In this document: positions 40,618-53,326 of the stretch, in pieces
Numbering within the stretch: the first letter of the stretch is position 1
How the letters are laid out: each line of letters opens with the position of its first letter
Origin: Stylophora pistillata
Taxonomy: Eukaryota
NCBI RefSeq assembly: GCF_002571385.2
Contig: NW_019217784.1
Coordinates: 977,218-1,041,217 of the forward strand
Direction of reading: 5' to 3'
DNA: 64,000 nt
The notes under the pieces: model-generated
Database searches by the model: none
Told to the model about the DNA's origin: nothing
What the model saw: the letters and a program-made list of their open reading frames with translations, nothing else
Program-made: the position numbers and the translations under genes

Positions 40618-40738
40618 ACCATGTACAGAAATTGATGGAATAGAGAATTAGCTCTGAAGCGTAAATTAAAGTGCTATAAAGTGCACGTTAATTTACGCTT
40701 CAGAGTTAATTCTCTGTTCCATCATTTTTATTCATGGT
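40618..40738. repeat. Foldback/MITE-like palindrome with ~50-bp arms downstream of DOLK
   Basis: GATGGAATAGAGAATTAGCTCTGAAGCGTAAATTAA ... TTAATTTACGCTTCAGAGTTAATTCTCTGTTCCATC. Confidence 0.75.
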
Positions 40739-41505
40739 GCTCCGCAGCACAACATTTACATGTACAGAAATTGTTTGTACCCTGATTAGTTTGTGGTCAC
40801 TACATGAAAGTAAAAACAAGTCACAGTGAGTAACCATTCAGTGTAATATGAAAAAATAAAAGACTCAAACGTTGTTTTTTGTATTAGTTTCCACCAAATG
40901 CAGTTTATTTTTAATCTGTACCATTGAGCAAATAAAGACGATTGAAACCAAATCCCCAGTTGAAACTCCATTAAGGTACCATTCGACCCCAAGTGAAACT
41001 GGCCATCCACCACTAATTTATGAAAGTCACGAAATTGATCGCTAAGAGGAACAGCGAAACAAACAAATCACGATGACTCAGAATCCGAAACCTCTATAAA
41101 TTTTTCCTTATTAGGGTTAATTTACTGAAACTGCAAATTTAAATTTCATAAGCGTAAAGAGAGACAAGTTGTCTTTCAGTGGAACACTCATTACTGGCTC
41201 CTTTTTGTCTAAGAATGAACCTGAAATTGAACGATTCTAGAAAACTTTCTTAGAGGACCAGCTATTTTATCCTTCTGAAAACTACGAAAATAATTCGACC
41301 GTTGCTCGCTCAATGACGACCTTTTTCTTTTGACATTGTATAGCGGTGCAAATTTTAAAGATACCTTTCCTTTTATAGATGTAGCATTATTTCAACGGTT
41401 CGTTAACCGGAAGTTAGCGAGAAAGTCACGTGGGACAAGGCAGCTTTCGAGCTTGTGTCGTCACATCCTCTAACAGCCATTATGATCACGGAGCTCGGGT
41501 GAAAC

Positions 41506-44500
41506 ATGTCTAATATTGGAAAACTATTCAAAATTAAAGGAACTAAACCTCCTAAGCCACCAAGGAGGGATTATGATGAGAATAGGAGCTCTAGTGATTT
41601 ATCTGAAGAAGATGAAAGCTATTTAGACCCGGCCACTGTCCATCCAACTTCTTCGCCGAATGAGAGTCCTGTTATGCCTAGCTACCCTCCTCCGAGACCA
41701 AATCATTCGCCAGCTAATCGCCGCGTTCACGATGCCGGAAAAAGGGCTTCAGTGCCTGTTACGTTTGGCCAGTCGACTAAAGCGGCCAGATCACAGAGAC
41801 CACAAAGTGCAGAGCATTTACAGCAGGGAAAAATGCTTGTACCTGGGCAAAGATCCGGCTTTAAGGTAGGAAATTATTTTCCGAGTTGATATATTGATGT
41901 CTGCCCGCAGCTTTATGCGAGCTTGTTCGTATCATTTTAATTATTTAACACTTGTGGAGTATCTTGACTTCCTAGATCTAAACCTTGTTCGCATTCAAAT
42001 GTGCATGATTTCCCAGCGAGATTTAAAAGTAAACTTTGAACGACTAATTTTAAAGAATTGACTTCTCCTGGTGAAAGTTAATTTGCTGATTGAATAGCAA
42101 TGATGAAGCAGTTGCGAAATCTTTACCCCTTCACAGATTTCAGCATGCACACATTCACTTCATTGAAAAGTTAACCCATTAACTTTTGTTGATGGTACGA
42201 CGTGGGGGTAAATATCAGTGTTAAATGTGTAAAATTACCAATGATGATTTCCTGCACGATATGCTGTAGCTACCAATGGAACATTCTACACAACGCAATG
42301 TCACATGTCTTCTTGATGTATTTCTGTTCTTGTGTCTATTTATGAGTTTCAGACAAGTTTGATTTTCCATTATTTGATATGATATCATTATTATAATCTG
42401 TTAAACACGATAACGAGTCTCAGACGGATGTGACAATTCCTACGATATAAAGGAATTTCTAATGACACATTTAGTCATTTAGAAAGCGTACATTTATCAT
42501 CTAAAAATGTGTCTTTCAGTTTTTGTCATCTTATTTTAAAGCTTGCCAGACTATGTGTAGTAAATATAAATATTAATAATTTTAGTGTCATTGTATCATC
42601 CTTGACCCTAGAATATATCATTTTAGGTGTTGATCAGGAATATGGTAAACTTCCTTTTTCCTCCTAGCTGCAGCACATGAGCTATGTCAGCTGAGCTGGT
42701 TTGCTCTACAATTTCCCATCTGACATCTCATGTACATGTGAGAGGGGTTGCTTGCCCAGTTTCAAAGGTCTCTCTTTACAACCATGCTTAAAATTCTTCC
42801 ATGTGAAAACTGAAGTCCATGTGGCAAAACAACACTGCAAAGGTTTTTCTCTCTGTTCATCTCAGTCATTGTCCCAACATTTCAGTTGTGGACAGTTATA
42901 ATACTGAAATCTCCCACTTGGACAAAGTTATCAATATTAGGAGTGATAAAAGGGGAATGTCTCCTTAAGGTGTCAACATATTCCCCAATAGTAATTGATC
43001 AGAATAAAGAAAAATACCAACTAGGGGATGCTGTGTGAATGAACATAAGTTCTCAAGAATGAAAGTGTACAGAGAGTGCACAGAATAATTGTGGTGTTGG
43101 AAAAGAAAGAATCTAAGTCTGATGCTTTAACCAAGCCAGCATATTTGCTATAAACATCTTGTGACTGGGTGAGAGGGAACCAAATCAGAAAAAAAACCTT
43201 GGAATTTCCCTTATTAATTTCCAAGAACACATCTTAATTGATTAGTAAATAAGGCTTATTTCCTGCTAGGGATAATTATTTACTGCTAGGAAATAATTAT
43301 ATTTTCATTGGCGGAGATAGATTGCACAAACCTTTATTACAAATAAAAGAACATTTTATGATATCGAGGTTTGTTTCCATGCTTTTGATTTGTTTTGTTT
43401 TGAGTTTCTTTTTTAGCTATCCATCTTCTTTTGATTTAATATTGAAACTGCCCCAGGCTGTTGAAAGCACTACTTTTCACAATACTGCTTTGCTATTGTC
43501 TTTGTAGGAGACGTTAATTTCCCACACACGAGATTACTGTGTGACGGATGTCCTCCCATGGGGGGGGGGGGATTGGTGGGTTTATTGGGCCCGCAGTAAT
43601 CGGCACTAGCTGTTGCGGTGTCCCTGCCGGTTGGCAAAGCTAAATAAAATAAAACAAGATAAAATAAAGTGCATGATGTACATGAAAGACCATCATATTT
43701 TACAGTATTTCAGGGCTCAAAAATATTAGTATTTAGGCAAGAAGCATAAGACTATCAAAAATACTGATACATGCAGATATTAAGTTCAGGTTGAAACTGT
43801 GTAACTGGTAATCATCTCGTTCAAGTTTCTTAGCATAGTAAGAATCAATTGATGAGGAAAGTATTTGAAAAATTTAGTAGTTGCCAGACAACTGTGTGAA
43901 TGGAAACCTTTTTTATTAATTATAGTTAGAAATGTATTTGGTTGCCAGAAGAGAAATTTATAAGGTGACAGTTTGCATATTTAGTACTTCTGTAAAGTGA
44001 TCTTTACTTATCTTTTTTTTTGATCAGAATGAATAAGTGGGAAATTTACCTTCATTTTCTTTGTTTGCTTTTTTCAAACCCAAACCACATTTAAATATTT
44101 GACTTATAAAAACAAGATGTGTATATTTGGGTATTTAGTTTATGTTTCATGTTCTCGAATTTTGATATAAAAAGTTGCTTTCAGTTGATTATTAATACAA
44201 TTGAGTGAAAAAGTTGTCAATTTTTGTGGCATAGTGTGGAGATAAATACAGAGATAAAAATTGCATTATCGTGTGCACAGATAATGGTTTATTTATTCCT
44301 GTCAGGCTCCCTAGAGAAATAAATTTATTTTAACAGGAAACATTTCTATTGTAATATGAGAGAAATTGATGATAAATGTCTGTATGCACAATATTTTTTT
44401 CATTTTTACCCAACATAGGCAAAACTATGAAAGGATTAATGAATTATACTGAATGCATAAGGTTATCTGAATAGGCTGTGATAAGTCTTTTACACGTTGT

Positions 44501-47500
44501 ATAATGTATCATTCATTCATTGTGTCTACATGTGTTGCTTTTTCATAAACATGTGCTTCACAACAGGCCAGCAACATTATATATGCACATACATTATATT
44601 GTACAGCTGTATGTAGTTTGACAATGGACTCATATTGAATATTTGAATTAAGCATTTTATGGTTGTTTACCATAGTAACAAAAAACAGTTCCAGTAAGTA
44701 GCTTGTTTTACCAACAGAAAGTTTACTTCAATTTTTTTATTAATCTTTTTCCTTTGATAAAACTATAACAAATATTCAGAGAAAGCCATCATAATCCATC
44801 AAGTAAAGAAAAGAAGAATAACTTGAATTTAGGGGAAACCATTAGTTTTAAATTCACTTCTAAACCTGTGCTAAAAATTCTTTGATCATATAGTTTTTTT
44901 ACTGAAGCAAGACTTACAAAGTAAACCTGATGCATCCTGTAGATTTCTTTCTCCTTCTTGCTTCCTCTGAACTGTATTGACTACATTATTGACTAAGATC
45001 ATTTGAATGTGACTTCCAGTTTTCGCTAATAATTTTTTTCGCTAAAAATGTTTTACTGAAGCAAGACTTACAAAGTAAACCTGATGCATCCTGTAGATTT
45101 CTTTCTCCTTCTTGCTTCCTCTGAACTGTATTGACTACATTATTGACTAAGATCATTTGAATGTGACTTCCAGTTTTCGCAAAAAATTTGCATATTGAAA
45201 TCCATGTTTTGTTAAATTTGTCCTTTCAGGTGGCACAATTTTATTTTTAATTACATATTACGTCAAGCAGTCAGTCATTCAGTTAGACATTCCCAGACCA
45301 TTTTGTGGTTAAAAGAAATACTTAAGTGCCCGTAGGTTTTTGTATTTAGATATGAAACATACTTGTGTTAAAATTCACCAGAGAAAGCTGCAAGCGAGCT
45401 TCCGTTGTTAGTAATTGGAATTCAGTTTGAAACCACAACCCTATGTAAATAGACTGTTATTTAATTGATGGACATGCTCTCAAAAGAGACAATACAACTT
45501 GCCCCCTGACTGAAAGACAATTGATTCTCGGCTTCTTCATCAGCATGTTCCTTCAAAAATGTAACTGTGTGCGAAGTTGTACGTCAGACAGAAATTTCAA
45601 GAAAAAGGTAAAAGAAATTCTTTGTTTAGGTTCCGTGTATAAAAATTCTGGTAAAGTTGTTTGGATATTCTGGTTGGTTATATGGTGATTCAAAAGCGTT
45701 TTTGCAGACATTTTTATTGAAGTTGTAATTTATAATCACAGATATTTTGTATTCAACCACTGTTAAAAGTATAGGACTACGTGGCACAATGATAATTATT
45801 TGGCAAAATTTTCAGGGGTTAATGTGATTGAACATTTTTCAGAATTATTTTTTTTTTTTAATAAACCTTTCAATGACAAACAAAATACTTACAGCTTCAT
45901 GAAATTTTAGTGTTAGTTGGCTACATTTATATTACTTGTATATGATACACTTTTTATCTCTTACAATGAAATCTCATTCATAAATGTTTCAATTGAGTCT
46001 GAGATTTCAATATAATTTTTTTTATACATTTGTCTGATAAATTATGTTCCCACAGAAGTCTCAAAGGAGTGAAAAGTTAAGGAGCAAAGAAATAAATTGT
46101 TTTTCTTTTCATTTGTACATGTTTTGTATTATCATTCCAGTTCATGAAGGGGTTCAGCTTTCAGTTGAACTCAGGGTTTGGCAATATTCTGTATAATGAT
46201 TCAAGTAAAGACAGTGCATGTAGTATAAGCACGCATACATGTTTTGTCAGTCATAGTTCAAATTGTACAATCATATATTTTGTACATTATATCATTTTAC
46301 TAATTTATCTTCTCTTTGACATATCCATACTCCATAGCCAAAGGCTACATTTTGCTTTGTTAGAATATCTCAAGCTAAATTTGATTTATCATGCTAGTGT
46401 AATATTTTTTTTCCATCAAGCCAGACTTTGTTGATCTCAAATATTTGTTTGACTTTTTCCATAATTTTATATCAAAGAGCTTTATTCATAATTTGCATAC
46501 AACATGTGGCATTTTTCAATGATTACTCCTTCTACTCTGCCTCCCTTTTAAAAATTCAAACCTCGTGGACATTGCTGATTTATTTTGAATTTAGGAAATA
46601 TTTACTGTAGAATAGAATTATTGGTTGGAAGCAAAGGAAGCTTGTAGCAACAATTTTTTTCTCATAGGATAACATTGTTTCAGCTATGCAGGTGTCACTG
46701 GCTTTCACTGTAATGTTAAGAATGAATAATTTGCTACTGACAACAGAATATGTTGTGTGATGCTGCTCTTGTGTGTTGTAAAATGATGTATGGAAACATT
46801 GACTCCATTGGTCATCTTTTATTTTCCTCACTATCTTTCTTCTCATATATTTGTTCGATGAAGATAGGAAAATCCTAAGTGCCTTTAAGTTATTGAATCA
46901 CCTGCCATATCAAAAAATCTCCTGTGGCATGTTCAAAAGAATCTTTGGGCAGGATGTTTTTAATTACATGCAGGCACCATAAATCAGAAAATTATCCAGC
47001 CAAATGTTTATGGCCTTAGTAATAATATTTTGTCCAGATGAGTAGCTGTTGTGTAGTATAGTGTATGTTCTCCTCTTACTCTGACTAATCTATTCCTGTG
47101 CTACAACAGTTTTAAAAGGAAACGTTTTTTTAAAGAAGGCCTTGTATCCTGTGAAATGGAAGAACTGCTCTCCTGACTGATAATATTTGTTTCAACACTT
47201 AGGTAAGTTTCTTTCTTTAGTGATAAACCTTCCCCTTTTTTAATCAAATATTGGTTTTTCTCAGATGCCCGATGACTACTCAGATCCTTGGGATGCCAAA
47301 GAAGCGAAGTCCCCTGGGGGAGACTATTCTGACCCCTGGGATGCTACAAACACCCAACCAGGGGCAGTCACTGACCCCACCGTAGCTGGGAGAAAGAGTT
47401 CAAAAGATGATTACATGGACCCTTGGGATGCTAAACAGGATGGGGAATCACAGGTACAAAGGGTAACAGTTGAGAAAGTCAAGCATCAGAGTAATGAAGA

Positions 47501-50500
47501 TTCAGATGAAGAAAGTTATTCTGAACCTTATGACCTTGGCAAAGTCACATTGTTAGATGAGCAAGCTAAGAGAATGTCTCTGAGGGGAATGCGTCCATCT
47601 GTAGATGAACAGGAGGAAGACAGATTCAGGAAGCACAGTGAAACTGGTGTCAAAAAGTAAACATTTTGATCTGTAATTAGTTGTCTTTTTTTGCTATCAG
47701 ATTATGGTATCTTAAATTTGTAATCCAATGAATTTAACCAAGATCACTCTGCATTTATGCCCAATCACCAGACAAGTTCAAAACAAAATAATCACTTTTG
47801 TCGAGTCCATTCTTGAATAACAAAAGTACATACCAAAGGGGCCATTATGATACTGTGATTGGACCAAAAAACTAAACTTAAATTATTTCTTAACATTATT
47901 TTTTCATTTGTGTTCTTATCAGTTGTATTGCTTGACAACTTGCATTTGTACTCTTGATGACAAACCATGTGACAATCAGCCATGTTCATTTGATTTTGTC
48001 ACTCAGTGCTTGTTGCAAATTTTCTTTTGCCTTAGTGAACTATAACATTCAGTGTCCTTTATTACATGTAGTTAAATTGAGTAGTTGAAAGAAAAGACGT
48101 ATTGTCTTTTTTTTTAACTCAAAAACACATTGTGTATATAATTATACTTTGTCTTACCCTTTAATGTCCATTTTTTTAATAGACAGCAGTCTCCCAGCAG
48201 GGATCAGAGACCAGCAGATGATTATGACTCACCTTGGGAAAGTAAATCTTTTCTAGGAATGCAGCATAAATCTCCAAACTTACCCCAAGAGAGACCTCAA
48301 GCTCCTGTGACTGACATGCGCCCATCTGATGATTATGACAAACCCTGGGAGTGGAACAAGAATATTAATCTGAATGGCCATACACAAGTTCCAAGACAAC
48401 AGGAACCTGTTCAGTCACCTAAAATAGATGCACGACCCCCAGATGACTATGATGCTCCTTGGGAGTGGTCAAAATCTGGTGTTGCATCAAGGGTCAAGGT
48501 TCCAAGGGAAGGAGAAGCACAGGTAACAGGGTGCTCTGTTGCCCCTTCTAAGCCACCAAGAACATTTGGTGGAGATGGATCCCCTATTGATCCCGCTTTG
48601 CCACTGGCGCAACAGGGGTAAGTTGTATGAATGAATTGTTATTCCCTGTGGAAAAGGTGTCCTAGATTGTGAATGTTGTACTTGCTATGGCAAGTAGAAT
48701 AAAGTTTTTTCATTAAATTTTTGGGTGACCATTTTATGATTTTAGGTCTCCAAATTTTGACTCAACCCTTTAATTTCTAATAGTGACTTGCTTCTAATTT
48801 CTCCTTACAATTTTATGATCCTTGAATCACACATAGAGGTGACAAGAATAAAGGAAATGATCACCCAGTGAAGAAGCTCCTGATGGTTAAATGAATTCTC
48901 CTTGTCAGCTCCATAGGAAATGTAAAGAAAACAGTCTGGAGAATGTGCATACTGATGTTGGGGTGTAAACTTGAGCTTTGAGCCCAGGAGTAAGTTTGAG
49001 TGTTGTTTGTATTGTCTTTGTCCTGATCATTAATTTTTATGTTTCAATCTTAAAATACAGCTGGTATCATGGACCTTTAAAGCGACTGGAAGCAGAGAGA
49101 CTCCTACAATCTGCTGAAGACTGCAGCTTCCTACTGCGACAATCAGAGAGTAGTAAAAATGACTTCTCTCTGTCTGTCAAGTAAGGATTTGTTTATATTA
49201 GTTATTGTCTCTTTACTGTTTTTTCAATAGTAATAGTAATAGTAATAAGTTTATAAGAACGATCCTTCGCAGTAAAGCACTATTTGAGCAATAGTGGAAA
49301 TCAGACCTGAAAAAAATTTCAGGCCTGTACGGGATTCGAACCACTGACCTCTGCGATACTAGTGCAGCGCTCTACCAATTGAGCTAACAAGCCAACTGGG
49401 AGCAGGCCATCAAATTAATTCGATATAAACCCGTAGATGATAAATCGAACAACAACAAACATATGAAACATATGAGTGAACTGCGGTTATGAGACGTATA
49501 TAAGAACGATCCTTCGCAGTAAAGCACTATTTGAGCAATAGTGGAAATCAGACCTGAAAAAAATTTCAGGCCTGTACGGGATTCGAACCACTGACCTCTG
49601 CGATACTAGTGCAGCGCTCTACCAATTGAGCTAACAAGCCAACTGGGAGCAGGCCATCAAATTAATTCGATATAAACCCGTAGATGATAAATCGAACAAC
49701 AACAAACATATGAAACATATGAGTGAACTGCGGTTATGAGACGTATATAAGAACGATCCTTCGCAGTAAAGCACTATTTGAGCAATAGTGGAAATCAGAC
49801 CTGAAAAAAATTTCAGGCCTGTACGGGATTCGAACCACTGACCTCTGCGATACTAGTGCAGCGCTCTACCAATTGAGCTAACAAGCCAACTGGGAGCAGG
49901 CCAGTTGGCTTGTTAGCTTGTTAGTTGTTAGCTTGTTGGCTTGTTAGTTGACTATCCAAGAATTATGGATAGTGGAGAAAACTTATAGCGTTTCTTCGAC
50001 CAACTTCTCTTCTAAAGGGCTCTGAAAAATATTGACTTTGTCAAAATCTAAACACTAACCAGGGGTTTTCGGAATGTTGATGAAGTATTTTTTCGTTATG
50101 ATTGTAGCCCTGGTTTGCCGAGCCTTTCCGTCCTTGCAGTTTGATCTCATGTGTTCGACCGCCTGCCAGAACATGAGAGGAGCCTCGCTTTGTTTGTCGG
50201 ATAAGTAACGTTTGAACCATATAATNTGTTTGTTGTTGTTCGATTTATCATCTACGGGTTTATATCGAATTAATTTGATGGCCTGCTCCCAGTTGGCTTG
50301 TTAGCTCAATTGGTAGAGCGCTGCACTAGTATCGCAGAGGTCAGTGGTTCGAATCCCGTACAGGCCTGAAATTTTTTTCAGGTCTGATTTCCACTATTGC
50401 TCAAATAGTGCTTTACTGCGAAGGATCGTTCTTATATACGTCTCATAACCGCAGTTCACTCATATGTTTCATATGTTTGTTGTTGTTCGATTTATCATCT

Positions 50501-53326
50501 ACGGGTTTATATCGAATTAATTTGATGGCCTGCTCCCAGTTGGCTTGTTAGCTCAATTGGTAGAGCGCTGCACTAGTATCGCAGAGGTCAGTGGTTCGAA
50601 TCCCGTACAGGCCTGAAATTTTTTTCAGGTCTGATTTCCACTATTGCTCAAATAGTGCTTTACTGCGAAGGATCGTTCTTATATACGTCTCATAACCGCA
50701 GTTCACTCATATGTTTCATATGTTTGTTGTTGTTCGATTTATCATCTACGGGTTTATATCGAATTAATTTGATGGCCTGCTCCCAGTTGGCTTGTTAGCT
50801 CAATTGGTAGAGCGCTGCACTAGTATCGCAGAGGTCAGTGGTTCGAATCCCGTACAGGCCTGAAATTTTTTTCAGGTCTGATTTCCACTATTGCTCAAAT
50901 AGTGCTTTACTGCGAAGGATCGTTCTTATATACGTCTCATAACCGCAGTTCACTCATATGTTTCATATGTTTGTTGTTGTTCGATTTATCATCTACGGGT
51001 TTATATCGAATTAATTTGATGGCCTGCTCCCAGTTGGCTTGTTAGCTCAATTGGTAGAGCGCTGCACTAGTATCGCAGAGGTCAGTGGTTCGAATCCCGT
51101 ACAGGCCTGAAATTTTTTTCAGGTCTGATTTCCACTATTGCTCAAATAGTGCTTTACTGCGAAGGATCGTTCTTATATACGTCTCATAACCGCAGTTCAC
51201 TCATATGTTTCATATGTTTGTTGTTGTTCGATTTATCATCTACGGGTTTATATCGAATTAATTTGATGGCCTGCTCCCAGTTGGCTTGTTAGCTCAATTG
51301 GTAGAGCGCTGCACTAGTATCGCAGAGGTCAGTGGTTCGAATCCCGTACAGGCCTGAAATTTTTTTCAGGTCTGATTTCCACTATTGCTCAAATAGTGCT
51401 TTACTGCGAAGGATCGTTCTTATATACGTCTCATAACCGCAGTTCACTCATATGTTTCATATGTTTGTTGTTGTTCGATTTATCATCTACGGGTTTATAT
51501 CGAATTAATTTGATGGCCTGCTCCCAGTTGGCTTGTTAGCTCAATTGGTAGAGCGCTGCACTAGTATCGCAGAGGTCAGTGGTTCGAATCCCGTACAGGC
51601 CTGAAATTTTTTTCAGGTCTGATTTCCACTATTGCTCAAATAGTGCTTTACTGCGAAGGATCGTTCTTATATACGTCTCATAACCGCAGTTCACTCATAT
51701 GTTTCATATGTTTGTTGTTGTTCGAGTAATAAGTTTATTGAACACTCCCTGAAAGGGTTTTTCAGTGAACAGTACAATACAATAACAATAAAAGATATAC
51801 ATGTATAGTAAAAAATATAAAACTATATGTTAAAAACTATTTTGTTGTAAGAAACTCATTCAACATTCTTGATTTTAAAGTTTTCTTAAAGTTAGTGAGG
51901 TGACTTTACACAGTTTCAAATCACTGTCTAACGAGTTCCATAATTTTACCATCCTATAGTGAAACGATCCCTGACCAGCAGGGGTTTTAAAGAAAGGAAT
52001 ATTAAGTTGTTAAGAGTTTCTTGTTATTCGGTCAGATATCTGTCTTCTTGTGGCAAACTGTGACATCAGATAGGTCGGGGCACGGTCCATCATGCACCTG
52101 AATGCAAGAATAGCATCTCAGAAGTCAGAAGTTAACCTGCTTTTTTATGAGGAGCCACTCCAATTTCTTAAGTGATGGAGTTATATGTTCAAATTTCTTT
52201 ACACCACTAACTATCTGAGCTGCGAAGTTCTGAACAATTTGTAATTTTTGCATATTACTGGCAGAGATGTTAGACCAGACTGAAGAGCAATAGTATAATT
52301 TGCTGAAAACAAGCATTTGCCTGACTGATCTGAGCCAATATACTCATGCAAGATGAGACTGTCACTGAGATGTGATTGTTGAATAACCGCCACCCAGTTA
52401 GCCCAATGGATAGTGGGCTGTACTGTTGTGCGGGAGGGTTCGAGCTAGACCAACACTAAGATCTTAAAATAATTGAGAAGAACTTGCTACCTTTCTTTTA
52501 CATCAAGAAATGGTTAGATATTCTAGTCTTCTCGGATAGGGACGAATAAATGGAGGTCCCGTCTCCTGCAGGGTTGGGGTAGAAAACGTTAATTTCCCAC
52601 AGACGAGATTACTGTGTGATGGATGTCCTCCCCTGGGGTGATGGGGTGGGGTGGGTACAAAAGGGGTTAGGTGTCAATTGGGAAGAAAGTTCTGTTCCTT
52701 TCTCCTGCCATTCCCATGGCAAATGAATTAAATTCTTAATTCTTAAAATTCTTAATTCGTAAATGACAAAGTAGGGTCGAATGTTAACTCAAGAGCCTTG
52801 ACAGACTCAATGCAAGTTAAGAATTTACTTTGCCTTGAACTTACTGAGAATTTTTGTTTTTTTTTAATTAATATGTTTTACATTCTGAAATCATTATTTC
52901 ATGAGGAACATTAGGGAATTCCAAACAAAGTTCTCAAATAGTGTTTTGGTTTCATTTTGTTGTCACTCTGATAAGTACAGGTAAGTTGAGCACAACTTTA
53001 CAACAACCAACCCTTGTTTTGGCTCTGAGTTTGAGTTACCTTAAGTGAAAGCTCATTGCCCACTTCATCAATGTAAATTTTTTTCCATTTTATTTCCACT
53101 TAGAAATAACAACTCCTTCATGCATCTAAAGATTGTTTGCCAAGGCAACAAATACATCTTGGGACAATTTAGTAAGCCATTCAATACTGTGCCAGAAATG
53201 ATTCACTACTATTCCCTAAACAAGCTTAACATTCGAGGAGCTGAACACAAAAAACTGTTACATCCAGTGGTGCCCCCCCCTGAATATTTTACACTGGAGC
53301 CTGGTGGATATTCCACAGCAAGCTGA
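41506..53326 (+). CDS. SH2-domain adaptor of the SHB/SHD/SHE/SHF family
   Basis: Exons 41506-41865, 47265-47656, 48183-48617, 49061-49180, 53104-53326. N-terminal PPKPPRRDY; repeated YxxPW(D/E); IDPALPLAQQG-WYHGPLKRLEAERLL..FLLRQSES..FSLSV..FMHLKI..YILGQFSKPF.TVPEMIHYY..KLNIRGAEH..LLHPV. Confidence 0.92.
43503..43650 (+). mobile_element. 3' fragment related to the tRNA-SINE at 55352
   Basis: GTAGGAGACGTTAATTTCCCACACACGAGATTACTGTG..TGTCCTCCC shared with 55563-55620; A-rich tail. Confidence 0.7.
44897..45180 (+). repeat. Recent direct duplication of ~130 bp (offset 154 bp)
   Basis: 44897-45026 identical to 45051-45180. Confidence 0.9.
50060..50225 (-). pseudogene. Stray RGS-domain-like exon fragment with splice donor and intron sequence
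   Basis: 55 open codons IIWFKRYLSDKQSEAPLMFWQAVEHMRSNCKDGKARQTRATIITKKYFINIPKTP, then G|GTTAGT; matches the RGS pattern F..FL..E.SE..L.FW.AVE....A..I..KY. Confidence 0.65.
50295..50366 (+). tRNA. tRNA-Thr(AGT)-like pseudo-tRNA module. Also at 50542, 50789, 51036, 51283, 51530 (+) and 49322-49393, 49569-49640, 49816-49887 (-).
   Basis: 72 nt; 7-bp acceptor stem GGCTTGT/ACAGGCC; D arm GCTC/GAGC; loop CTAGTAT; A box TAGCTCAATTGG; B box GGTTCGAATCC; T7 run just downstream. The T stem has two mismatches, so it is unlikely to be a translational tRNA. Confidence 0.55.
51725..52320 (-). mobile_element. 5'-truncated LINE (L2/CR1-like) 3' fragment; its (ATTACT)n tail continues at 49227-49254 on the other side of the array
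   Basis: LVFSKLYYCSSVWSN..KLQIVQNFAAQIVSG.KKFEHITPSLKKLEWL is a typical ORF2 C-terminus; AATAAA before the tail. Confidence 0.85.
52385..52650 (+). mobile_element. Degenerate copy of the tRNA-SINE at 55352
   Basis: AACCGCC.CCC.GTTAGC.CA.TGG head and body (CTAGTCTTCTCGGATA.GGACGAATAAA..CCCGTCTCCTGCAG) shared with 55352-55690. Confidence 0.8.

Larger units (their letters stand above)
49255..51724. mobile_element. Inverted tandem array of 247-bp units, each with a tRNA-like module: ~2.6 units on minus (49255-49902) and ~6 on plus (50227-51724), flanked by a 14-bp TSD
   Basis: Period of 247 measured between units; copies appear identical; AGTAATAAGTTTAT at 49241-49254 and 51725-51738; N at 50226. 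Confidence 0.92.

Noticed and set aside
50074-50208. Plus-strand 44-aa Cys-containing peptide ORF (MLMKYFFVMIVALVC..) as a secreted toxin
   Set aside because: It is antisense to a better-supported RGS-like frame that has a splice donor
49322-51601. Functional tRNA-Thr gene cluster
   Set aside because: T-stem and anticodon-stem mismatches, a variable anticodon loop among family members, and TSD-flanked truncated copies indicate a mobile repeat
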